DNA of 24,000 nucleotides, from sequence record MT234342.1. One strand, given 5' to 3'. The stretch is from Agrobacterium phage OLIVR5. Each line of letters starts with the position of its first letter. The stretch's first letter is position 1. Shown piece by piece: positions 17,087 through 24,000 of this stretch. The position numbers and the translations under genes were made by a program. The notes below the pieces were generated by a model, which had not been told where the DNA came from, ran no database searches, and worked only from the letters and a program-made list of their open reading frames with translations.

Positions 17087-17916
17087 ACGCCATCGAGGAA
17101 GAACTTCTTGGCTCGATAAACGTCAAGAGGTTCACCTTTCCATTCCCAATATTCCGCAAGTTCATCGATAGTAGTTTCTCTGTAGTTCCCGAATATAATT
17201 TCGAATTCTTTTGCTAAAGGTTCTCCGTCATTCCAAATTCCCATCCAAATCGAACCCATTTCTAATTGAGTTCCAGTAGTCTCATGGAAGAGCATAGCAT
17301 ATATTGACACCTGTCGAGTATAAGAAGTGATATCGGACCACTCTTTTACTCTCTTCGATGACTTGAAGTCCACGAGTGTTTCGATGCCAGAGTCGATTAT
17401 TTCCTGGTCAGTCTTAGCCTCTTTGTCGCCATCAAGAATAGCGATCAAGTCTGTTCGACCTGCGATGCGAAGGAGCCTAGAATACATTGCCTTTTCTGAG
17501 GCAACTACTGCGGTGATTCGATCATCACACCAGGGCTTCAGATGCTGATAGAGAATATAGCCCTGCATGTGTTCATTTCGAACTTCCTTGTTCTCCACAT
17601 AGTCTTGGAGATTTTGGTGCATGGCCGTGCCACGATCTGTAGCTTCCTTCGAGATTCGATCTGCTTCTTCATCGCCTACTCGAGCACGCCAAGCTTTGAG
17701 CCATTCGTCCTCGCCTTTCATAGCCGCGATCTTACCGAGCATCGTCGTGGCCGAGAAGAACTCTTCTCCAGGAAACAAAGGATTTCGATATACGCGATAT
17801 TCAGGATAGTCGAAATTTGTCCAGCCTTCAGGGATATTGTAAACGTGGTCCAGCTGCTTGAAACGGTCCTTCGCAGGAGCCGTCACAAACTGCTTCTTCA
17901 AATTTGCAAAACTCAT
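17074..17916 (-). CDS. PD-(D/E)XK (RecB/Cas4-like) nuclease
   Basis: GTAMHQNLQDYV, GRTDLIA, LVDFKSSK, YTRQVSIYAM motif series; ATG at 17916 in TAATG overlap. Confidence 0.8.
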   Translation of the reverse strand: MSFANLKKQFVTAPAKDRFKQLDHVYNIPEGWTNFDYPEYRVYRNPLFPGEEFFSATTMLGKIAAMKGEDEWLKAWRARVGDEEADRISKEATDRGTAMHQNLQDYVENKEVRNEHMQGYILYQHLKPWCDDRITAVVASEKAMYSRLLRIAGRTDLIAILDGDKEAKTDQEIIDSGIETLVDFKSSKRVKEWSDITSYTRQVSIYAMLFHETTGTQLEMGSIWMGIWNDGEPLAKEFEIIFGNYRETTIDELAEYWEWKGEPLDVYRAKKFFLDGVRVD

Positions 17917-18437
17917 TATTTCTTTCCGATACTCACTTCTATGCCGTAGCATTTGGCATAATAGAGTCCGATTTCCGGAACGTCGATGAGGGCGCCTGTG
18001 GCTACCTTCTTAATGAAATCCAGGTTCGGATTTATGGCTGTGTATTTATTGTCTCGAACCAGAACGACGACACGGATTTCGACATCGTTTGGATGATTTC
18101 GGCCTCGAGTGACGATAGTCTTTTCTCGACTACTATCATTGAAGACATTCTCAATCGCTCGAGCGACGGGAGATATCGAAGCATCTACTGAACTGATGAG
18201 CTTGATCTTATTGGAAGGAAGGACCTCATACCTAAGATCCGCTAGTTTTTCGTCGGTCACGTCCGGAGAAACGACGAGCTTTCTGGTTTCTCCATCTTTC
18301 TCGAAATCGTCTGTCTTCACGACTACGAAACCGATATTGTGCTTTACTTCTATCTGAGTCCCGAATCGATGGTTGCCGCCGTGATCGTAGAGCCTTTCTC
18401 GAGAATAATAAATGATGGAAGGAATTCCGTGTGCCAT
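17916..18437 (-). CDS. hypothetical protein
   Basis: 173-aa ORF, downstream of promoter-like element. Confidence 0.6.
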   Translation of the reverse strand: MAHGIPSIIYYSRERLYDHGGNHRFGTQIEVKHNIGFVVVKTDDFEKDGETRKLVVSPDVTDEKLADLRYEVLPSNKIKLISSVDASISPVARAIENVFNDSSREKTIVTRGRNHPNDVEIRVVVLVRDNKYTAINPNLDFIKKVATGALIDVPEIGLYYAKCYGIEVSIGKK

Positions 18438-18464
18438 GTCTTCTCCTTAAAATATTCAATAAAT

Positions 18465-18493
18465 ACCATACACCGTTTCAAAGGGATTGTAAA
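18465..18493 (-). promoter_or_regulatory. putative promoter (TTTACA-N17-TATGGT)
   Basis: GTTTACA with 17-nt spacer upstream of the 18437 gene; ends 1 nt before + strand ATG at 18495. Confidence 0.65.
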
Positions 18494-18494
18494 C

Positions 18495-18983
18495 ATGGAC
18501 TCTTCAAAAATTCTGCTGGTTTCGAGGATCGGCGCCACGAATTTGGTAGAGGCCGAAATCGATCCTCTTCCCCTCCAGCTCCTCGACGGAATGGAACCGA
18601 CTAACTCCTTTGGATCGTATGATCCGACAGGGAAGTTCGTCAAGAATCCTATCCGTTACGATTCCGATATGACCGAGATGCTGGAAAGAGCTTGTTCTGT
18701 TGGTCTTGTACTTGTTGACGAAGCTGAAGACGTCAGAGAAATTCCTTTCTCTAAAATCTGCACGGATCAGAAAGTTATCGTTCGAGACAAGGTTAAAGGA
18801 CTCATCGAGAAGATGCAATCCGGTGGATGGGATGCCAACAGAGGATATCCTATTGCTGTGAGGTTCGAGTATGGTGACAAGTGGATTATCCGAGATGGGA
18901 ATCATCGTGCTTCTGCCGAGTTGCTACTGGGCGCTTCCAATCTCAAATGTCTTGTGATCCACGTCAAAGACTCCTTCATGTAA
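18495..18983 (+). CDS. ParB/sulfiredoxin-fold-like protein
   Basis: KWIIRDGNHRASAELLLG resembles the ParB/Srx DG(N/H)HR motif; AAGGG ribosome-binding sequence upstream; sole non-HEG + strand gene. Confidence 0.6.
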   Translation: MDSSKILLVSRIGATNLVEAEIDPLPLQLLDGMEPTNSFGSYDPTGKFVKNPIRYDSDMTEMLERACSVGLVLVDEAEDVREIPFSKICTDQKVIVRDKVKGLIEKMQSGGWDANRGYPIAVRFEYGDKWIIRDGNHRASAELLLGASNLKCLVIHVKDSFM

Positions 18984-18991
18984 ACCCTACG

Positions 18992-19014
18992 CGAGGCCAG
19001 AATTTCTGGCCTCG
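18992..19014. terminator. strong GC-rich hairpin CGAGGCCAG-AATTT-CTGGCCTCG between convergent units
   Basis: 9-bp perfect stem (10 if the loop is 3 nt); no U-tract on either side, so terminator call is tentative. Confidence 0.5.
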
Positions 19015-19021
19015 GAGGGGA

Positions 19022-19120
19022 TCATAGTCCTCCACGTAATCCACGGATATAGTAACTGGTCACCGCTAGCCATACGACCATGACGGTAACGAATGCGACG
19101 ACGTGTGTCAGAGATTCCAA
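19022..19120 (-). CDS. possible 32-aa single-TM microprotein (TTG start; MESLTHVVAFVTVMVVWLAVTSYYIRGLRGGL)
   Basis: Hand-translated, GGAG upstream, hydrophobic core. Confidence 0.35.
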   Translation of the reverse strand: MESLTHVVAFVTVMVVWLAVTSYYIRGLRGGL

Positions 19121-19287
19121 AACTTTGCTCCATCGATTGATGACATAAAGAGTGTGAAGATCGTAAGAAGAGTCATCATGAAAGACATCTTGTAATCGCC
19201 GAACCTATGCAACCTTGCGAACGCATATCCGAGATATACAAGATTGATGGCCATAACGATGGCCATCAGAATTATTGCTGCTTTCAA
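19108..19287 (-). CDS. small membrane protein, 59 aa, two hydrophobic segments (TTG start in TTGA overlap)
   Basis: MKAAIILMAIVMAINLVYLGYAFARLHRFGDYKMSFMMTLLTIFTLFMSSIDGAKFWNL, hand-translated. Confidence 0.5.
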   Translation of the reverse strand: MKAAIILMAIVMAINLVYLGYAFARLHRFGDYKMSFMMTLLTIFTLFMSSIDGAKFWNL

Positions 19288-19511
19288 GACCTCTTCCTTT
19301 CACGGAATGCTCGAGCCGCTGCCAGCTTGTCAGAAGAGTCGAATTCCTTCTGGACAGGCTTCTCACGACGGATCCGTTCAGGTCGAGCAGAGCGACGACG
19401 GATTTCAGCTTCGCGTTTCTGATCAATCTTCTTCTCGGCGGCGCCGAAAATCTTGTTGATGAACCATTCGAAGATCATGACGCCGACAATGAGCTTGATG
19501 AAACGAAACAT
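19284..19511 (-). CDS. small protein with N-terminal membrane segment (MFRFIKLIVGVMIFEWFINKIFG...)
   Basis: ATG at 19511 within shorter form of track ORF; 75 aa, hydrophobic N-terminus and highly basic C-terminus. Confidence 0.55.
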   Translation of the reverse strand: MFRFIKLIVGVMIFEWFINKIFGAAEKKIDQKREAEIRRRSARPERIRREKPVQKEFDSSDKLAAARAFRERKRS

Positions 19512-19807
19512 CAGTCGTACTCCACTGCGCCCGGATAATCCGGATAAGGCTCGACGTAGTGATCCTTGCGGCTTTCGTAGTGCCATTCCCAATTGTCCAC
19601 TCCGCCAAATTCTAGCGCCGTAAGCTCCGCAGATTCGCGTTCAAGACTTACGAGATTGTCCAGCCGAATGAATTCGAGGTGGTCGGCTTCAGGCTTGTTC
19701 CGGTTCGCCATGGAAAGCGTGGTCTTCTTGAAGTTCTCGAGACCGAACTCGTCGATAGCATCAGCGATAATCTTTTCGAGAGACTCTTTGTGTTCCGCCG
19801 GCATCAT
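19511..19807 (-). CDS. hypothetical protein
   Basis: 98-aa ORF. Confidence 0.55.
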   Translation of the reverse strand: MMPAEHKESLEKIIADAIDEFGLENFKKTTLSMANRNKPEADHLEFIRLDNLVSLERESAELTALEFGGVDNWEWHYESRKDHYVEPYPDYPGAVEYD

Positions 19808-20331
19808 TTCAAAATTCCTTTCAACTGGATAAGCTCGTCAGTCAGGTCAGCAATTTCCTGAGCGAGCTTATCGACGTTCTTCAACGCCTTCTTCTTTTCC
19901 GAAATCTTCTTTTCCAGGTTCTTCAACCTGTTCTGAGAGTTCACATATTGCATGTACTTCGGGTTCATGCGTTCGTAGAACATCTCATCGGTCTCTGGCA
20001 TCCTTACCTTAACGTGAGAGTCGAGGTCTCCGTTATAGTCAGTTTCGATATCGACTTTCAAGAGTTCAACGTTTCCGTCTTGTGCTCTCTGCCGCATCTT
20101 TCCGAAGGATTCGATCATTTCCTTCTTGACCTTTTCTGCCCATTCTTCGATGTCATCTTCAGATGAGAAAGAAAGAGTGTCATTATAGACGTCGATGACG
20201 TCCTTGAAGAAGGCTGGTTCGTGACCGAAAACGTCGTAATAATACGACAAAATCTTGTCTACAGTTTTCCTCTCGTGTCCATGAGCTGATGCCCATTTGA
20301 GGAAATCATTGATATCAGAAGCAGAAGGCAT
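19804..20331 (-). CDS. hypothetical protein with C-terminal coiled coil
   Basis: 175 aa from ATG at 20331 (MPSASDINDFLKW...); heptad-like C-terminus; the longer track start is low-complexity antisense-type sequence. Confidence 0.6.
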   Translation of the reverse strand: MPSASDINDFLKWASAHGHERKTVDKILSYYYDVFGHEPAFFKDVIDVYNDTLSFSSEDDIEEWAEKVKKEMIESFGKMRQRAQDGNVELLKVDIETDYNGDLDSHVKVRMPETDEMFYERMNPKYMQYVNSQNRLKNLEKKISEKKKALKNVDKLAQEIADLTDELIQLKGILK

Positions 20332-20383
20332 TTCATTCTCCTTTAGAGAGGAGGAAATCATTCGGTTTCCTCCTGGATTGAGA

Positions 20384-20629
20384 TTACTCGATGCCGAGAG
20401 CATTCTTGTAGGTTTCGAAGATTGCTTCTTCTTCGACGCGTTCCGCAGGGTCCTGGCGACGAGTACGGATGATCTTCCGTGTGGCCTTTTTGTCATAGCC
20501 GGCGCTGTGGAGTTCGTCGAAGACAGCCTTGATATCGCCCTGGATGTTCTTCTTTTCTTCTTCGAGACGCTCGATGCGCTCAACGAATGCACGGTATTCT
20601 GCAGATGCGGTCTTGTTTACTTCAGTCAT
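20384..20629 (-). CDS. GapR / DUF2312-family nucleoid-associated protein
   Basis: AEYRAFVERIERLEEEKKNIQGDIKAVFDELHSAGYDKKATRKIIRTRRQDPAERVEEEAIFETYKNALG matches the recalled GapR pattern across its length. Confidence 0.88.
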   Translation of the reverse strand: MTEVNKTASAEYRAFVERIERLEEEKKNIQGDIKAVFDELHSAGYDKKATRKIIRTRRQDPAERVEEEAIFETYKNALGIE

Positions 20630-20639
20630 TTCATTTCCT

Positions 20640-21053
20640 TCAGGTTTTGAGGTGGTTAGAGTTGTTGCTTGTCATTCGGTCAACCGAATATTCCATGAGC
20701 ATATGAGACCTGGCTTCATGCCAATCGAACATGGTACATTCAAGGATAGCCGAAAATGAAATCGGTTCTCCGGTTTTGCAAATGAAAAGAGCATCTTGAA
20801 TTGAGATGTTTTCGCTTACGAGATGAAGCTTAACACGGTTTCTGAAGAATGTAAAATCCTTTTTGCATCCGTGTTCATCTTTTTTGATCTCGAGATTTAC
20901 GAGGATCATTGGGTTACCGAACATATCTCGACCCAGAGCCTGAGGGCTCGTGACGAGGCGGCGTTCGCCGGAGTCCATGCATTCGACGATCCAGATAGGA
21001 TATGAGAAGCCTTTAAACATCTCATAAAATCCTGGAACCTTCTTCTCGGTCAT
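20640..21053 (-). CDS. hypothetical protein (MTEKKVPGFYEMFKGFSYPIWIVECMDSG...)
   Basis: 137 aa from ATG at 21053, 'GGAGATACAGGAAATG'; upstream extension in the track is antisense-like noise. Confidence 0.55.
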   Translation of the reverse strand: MTEKKVPGFYEMFKGFSYPIWIVECMDSGERRLVTSPQALGRDMFGNPMILVNLEIKKDEHGCKKDFTFFRNRVKLHLVSENISIQDALFICKTGEPISFSAILECTMFDWHEARSHMLMEYSVDRMTSNNSNHLKT

Positions 21054-21152
21054 TTCCTGTATCTCCAATCTCTGGAATAGTGTTGGATGGTGTGGTGTGG
21101 TTAAATGTATGCTTACACTAGGATCAAGGTTCAAGTAAATACCTAAAATCCC

Positions 21153-21181
21153 CTCCAAGGCGAAATAAATCCGCCTTAGAG
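21153..21181 (-). terminator. hairpin terminator-like structure after the glycine-rich gene
   Basis: Minus strand CTCTAAGGCG-gatttattt-CGCCTTGGAG then GGGATTTTAGG; 10-bp stem with one G-U. Confidence 0.6.
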
Positions 21182-21186
21182 TTTTG

Positions 21187-22311
21187 TCAGTTTCTAGGAC
21201 CGTCGAGAGTTCCTGTTCCGGCATAGGTGTATGGCACGTTTTTCCAGACCGAAAATCCTGCAGGACCTCCATTACCGGATGGCCAATCTGGCCACCTTCC
21301 GCCATCACCGTTTCCATCTGCTCCTCTTTCACCAGGAGAACCGTTTTCTCCTGCTTGACCAAGAAATCCTCCGCGACCGCCAGCTCCACCATTACCACCA
21401 CGACCGGAGTTTGCAGCGCCTGTAAGGCCTGGTTCACCTGGTTGGCCTCCTTGAGGACCTGAAGCTAATCCGCCTTGACCCCATCCGCCAACACTAAAAG
21501 TGCCGATCCATCTGCCACCGGAACCACCACCACCCCAGACTTGCTCGTCACGCTCTCTACGGATTTCGTAGAAGTTCATATTATTAAATCTCTCTCGATA
21601 ATTGCCGTAATACCATCTCCATCCGTCTCGCTCGACTCCTTGACCATTCCAACCGTTTCGGTATTCGCCATTCCACCACCAATAGCTAGGCTCGCCGTGG
21701 GCAGTTCGAGGATTGTTCAGCTGATAGGCTGGACCTTCATTGATCCTATTCCACCAAAAACCTGAACCGCCTGTTCCACCTGGACCACCAGCACCGCCGC
21801 CGCCGCCGCCGCCAGAGATTCGGCCGTTGTTAGTGATGATCGTATTAGGGTGGAAAACAGAAATCCCAGCACCGCCCTGCTTACCATTTCTTTCAGAAGC
21901 GTTCGTAGAACCCCATCCGTTTTGGCCTCCGTGGCCTACAACATGAGCTCCTGCTTCAATGACGATTTCTACGACGTTATTGCCGAAATCCGTCTGAATG
22001 ACGATGGCTGCCTCTCCGACTCTGTCAGAATAAACTGTCACACCAGAACGGATAATGACAGTCTTCTTGTTAAGAGACGCTCTTTCAGCTGCAGTGAAAA
22101 GACTGGCGACGTTCAAGTCACCTCTAGTAGCCGTGATAACCTTCGTGATATCTCCGGAGAGACCAAGAAAGTCAGACCATTTGATTTGGCCTGACGTTGG
22201 TAGAGAAGGACTCGCTCCATAAAAATTCGATAATAGGACAGGTCTTTGATCTTTCCTGAATTCGTTGGCGATTTGAGAAAGCGTCAAAGGTCCGACAATA
22301 GGTAGAGGCAT
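21187..22311 (-). CDS. glycine-rich tail-fibre adhesin-like protein (gp38-like organisation), intact copy
   Basis: N-terminal VGPLTLSQIANEF...LSNFYG...SGQIKWSDFLGL module; GGGGGGGAGGPGGTGG and multiple GGxGG tracts. Confidence 0.7.
   Translation of the reverse strand: MPLPIVGPLTLSQIANEFRKDQRPVLLSNFYGASPSLPTSGQIKWSDFLGLSGDITKVITATRGDLNVASLFTAAERASLNKKTVIIRSGVTVYSDRVGEAAIVIQTDFGNNVVEIVIEAGAHVVGHGGQNGWGSTNASERNGKQGGAGISVFHPNTIITNNGRISGGGGGGGAGGPGGTGGSGFWWNRINEGPAYQLNNPRTAHGEPSYWWWNGEYRNGWNGQGVERDGWRWYYGNYRERFNNMNFYEIRRERDEQVWGGGGSGGRWIGTFSVGGWGQGGLASGPQGGQPGEPGLTGAANSGRGGNGGAGGRGGFLGQAGENGSPGERGADGNGDGGRWPDWPSGNGGPAGFSVWKNVPYTYAGTGTLDGPRN
21602..21651. repeat. 50-nt direct repeat copy A
   Basis: Identical to 22715-22764. 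Confidence 0.9.
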
Positions 22312-22322
22312 ATTCTTCTCCT

Positions 22323-23421
22323 TTAAGCTGTGTGTCTGGAACCGAGTAGAGTTCCCGATCCGGAGTAAACATATGGAGTATTTGACCAGACCGAAAATCC
22401 TGCTGCTCCACCATTACCTGGAGATTGTTCAGGAGGACGACCTCCATCGCCGTTTCCGCCTTCTCCCCAGGCTCCACCTTGACCTCCGCCGCCAGGCTGG
22501 CCAAATGAACCACCGTTTCCGCCAGCACCACCGTTTCCGCCGCGACCGGAATTAGGCCATCCGTTTGCTTGGCCAGGCATTCCAGGTTGGCCTCCTTGAG
22601 GACCTGAAGCTAATCCACCTTGACCCCATCCGCCGGCGCCATAGCTTCCTTGCCAATGACCTGGGTCACCACCGCTACCCCATCTGCGGAATACCGCCAT
22701 CGTTCTCTCGATAGTTGCCGTAATACCATCTCCATCCGTCTCGCTCGACTCCTTGACCATTCCAGCCGTTTCGATATTCTCCAAACCACCACCAATAGCT
22801 AGGAGAACCGTGGGCAGTTCGAGGGTTATTAAATTGATATGCAGGACCTTCATTGATCCGCTCCCAATAATAACCAGAGCCGCCTCTTCCACCTACGCCG
22901 CCTGCGCCACCGCCGCCACCGCCGCCAGCGATAGTGCCATTGTTGACAACTTCAACATTTGAGCGAAAAATAGAAATTCCTGCACCGCCTTGCTTTCCAT
23001 CTTTCTCGGCCTGGTTTCCAGAACCCCATCCATATTGGCCTCCGTGGCCATAAACCGATGCTCCAGGTTCTACAATTACTGTGACTTTTCCTGTTCCGAC
23101 GTTATTCGCGATATTGATCGCAGGTCTACCTAAAGTATCACTATAAGCTAGAGCGCCTGTCTTGATTTCCAATCGAATGTCGAGATTCGATGCGGCTTCG
23201 GCTTCTGTTAGAAGATCACGAAGATCGGTTGCAGATTTATTGCCTGTGATAGTTTTTAAAATCCCTCCATTCAAACCGTAGAAGTCTGAGAATTTTATCG
23301 CACCACTTGTAGGGAGAGCAGGATTAGCTCCGTAAAACGACGAAAGGGAGACCGGTGAAGGTCTCCTGAATTCGGCAGCAATTTGAGTGGCGCTAAGAGG
23401 ACCGCTTGTCGGCAGAACCAT
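22323..23421 (-). CDS. second glycine-rich tail-fibre adhesin-like paralog, split by a frameshift (22675-23421 then 22323-22676 in the +1 frame)
   Basis: The two ORFs together match the 374-aa paralog end to end; joined length about 365 aa. Confidence 0.7.
22715..22764. repeat. 50-nt direct repeat copy B
   Basis: Identical to 21602-21651. Confidence 0.9.
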
Positions 23422-24000
23422 TATTCAATTCCTTTGAGTTTCTTGATCTCTTCTCGAAGCAATCTATTCTCATATTCCATCGTAGATTTGAGTTCCTTAA
23501 TGGCCTCGATGAAGTAGCCTGCCAACTGCATATACTTGACAGATTTGATCCCATCGTGATTCGTGTGAACAAGATGAGGATCAATCTTTTCGAGTTCCTG
23601 AGCGATAACACCTCGACCTGGAGAACCATGCATATTGTATTTGACGCCACGCATAGCAGAGACGCAAGAGAGACCATCCTTAATAGTTTCTACATCTGAT
23701 TTTAGAGATGCGTCTGACAGACCGCTGATGTCGTTAGGAGTGGTAATCGTTCCTGCTACATCTAGGTTGCCATCGATTTTCCAACCAGACGTTCCGTTTC
23801 CGATCTTGAGTTCGACTGGACCGTTAGCGTCTTGTTCACCGATAGACCATTTCAATTGACCTGCTGGATTATAGCCGACAATCATGCCGGTCTTTGTTCC
23901 AGAAGGCTGAATAGCAATACCGCCTGAAGCAGCGTCAGGTTTTATCGTAACAGTGCCAGTCAGAATTCCACCTGTAGTAGTCAGATAGTCACCAGCAAAA
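23421..24000 (-). CDS. tail-fibre protein C-terminus with S74-type intramolecular chaperone domain (5' end beyond window)
   Basis: LKSDVETIKDGLSCVSAMRGVKYNMHGSPGRGVIAQELEKIDPHLV...YMQLAGYFIEAIKEL; reading frame open to position 24000 (FAGDYLTTTGGILTGTVTIKPDAASGG...); TAATG overlap with next gene. Confidence 0.85.
   Translation of the reverse strand, partial: FAGDYLTTTGGILTGTVTIKPDAASGGIAIQPSGTKTGMIVGYNPAGQLKWSIGEQDANGPVELKIGNGTSGWKIDGNLDVAGTITTPNDISGLSDASLKSDVETIKDGLSCVSAMRGVKYNMHGSPGRGVIAQELEKIDPHLVHTNHDGIKSVKYMQLAGYFIEAIKELKSTMEYENRLLREEIKKLKGIE

Noticed and set aside
17833-17843. TTGTAAAC within the PD-(D/E)XK gene
   Set aside because: Inside coding sequence (HVYNIPEGW) with no TA-starting -10 at 17 nt; probably chance.
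18339-18494. Upstream in-frame extension of the ParB/Srx-like ORF
   Set aside because: Extension overlaps the opposite-strand gene and its promoter; the ATG at 18495 has a good AAGGG sequence.
21110-21139. TTTACT-N18-TAAGCA promoter-like sequence upstream of the 21053 gene
   Set aside because: Has the GTATTTACT -35 but the spacer is off by one and the 17-nt position reads GTAAGC; kept out of the consensus set.
21054-21437. N-terminal half of the 20640-21437 ORF
   Set aside because: Runs in an alternative frame through the downstream end of the glycine-rich gene and its terminator; the Val/Glu-rich sequence looks like a frame artefact.
22172-22531. - strand ORF of 119 aa
   Set aside because: Alternative frame of the glycine-rich genes and their junction; no independent signal.
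20640-24000. Glycine-rich tracts considered as short tandem DNA repeats or a retroelement/DGR variable region
   Set aside because: No reverse transcriptase, template-repeat pair or adenine-biased variation visible in the window; the repetition is explained by Gly-rich protein coding and gene duplication.
1-24000. CRISPR arrays, tRNA genes, integrase
   Set aside because: None recognised by eye; a tRNAscan-SE or Infernal run would be needed to exclude tRNAs or small RNAs formally.

Overview
This 24 kb window looks like part of a T4-like (tevenvirus-superfamily) myophage genome, transcribed almost entirely leftward (- strand). Recognisable core genes, called by reading motifs only: ATP-dependent DNA ligase (gp30-like), a Rad50/SbcC-like and Mre11/SbcD-like pair (gp46/gp47), a gp55-like late sigma factor, both type II topoisomerase subunits (gp52, and a single-ORF gp39/60), a PD-(D/E)XK nuclease, a P-loop dNMP kinase-like protein, a UDP-glucose 4-epimerase (galE-like), a GapR/DUF2312 nucleoid protein (suggesting an alphaproteobacterial host), and a tail-fibre end with an S74-type intramolecular chaperone followed by two tandem glycine-rich adhesin-like paralogs. 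Three genes run against the grain on the + strand: two paralogous GIY-YIG homing endonucleases and a ParB/Srx-fold-like protein. The most interesting signals are: (1) a recurrent - strand promoter grammar, KTWTTYACW-N17-TANNNN, at eight sites; (2) inverted repeats wrapped around the -10 in four of these; (3) placement of the + strand genes beside the -35 elements, two of them ending with their stop codon inside an orphan TGTAAAC; (4) a broken or frameshifted second glycine-rich adhesin; (5) a GapR homolog in a phage that also carries its own topoisomerase; (6) a run of unannotated tiny membrane ORFs ending at a strong hairpin. No CRISPR array, tRNA or rRNA was recognised.
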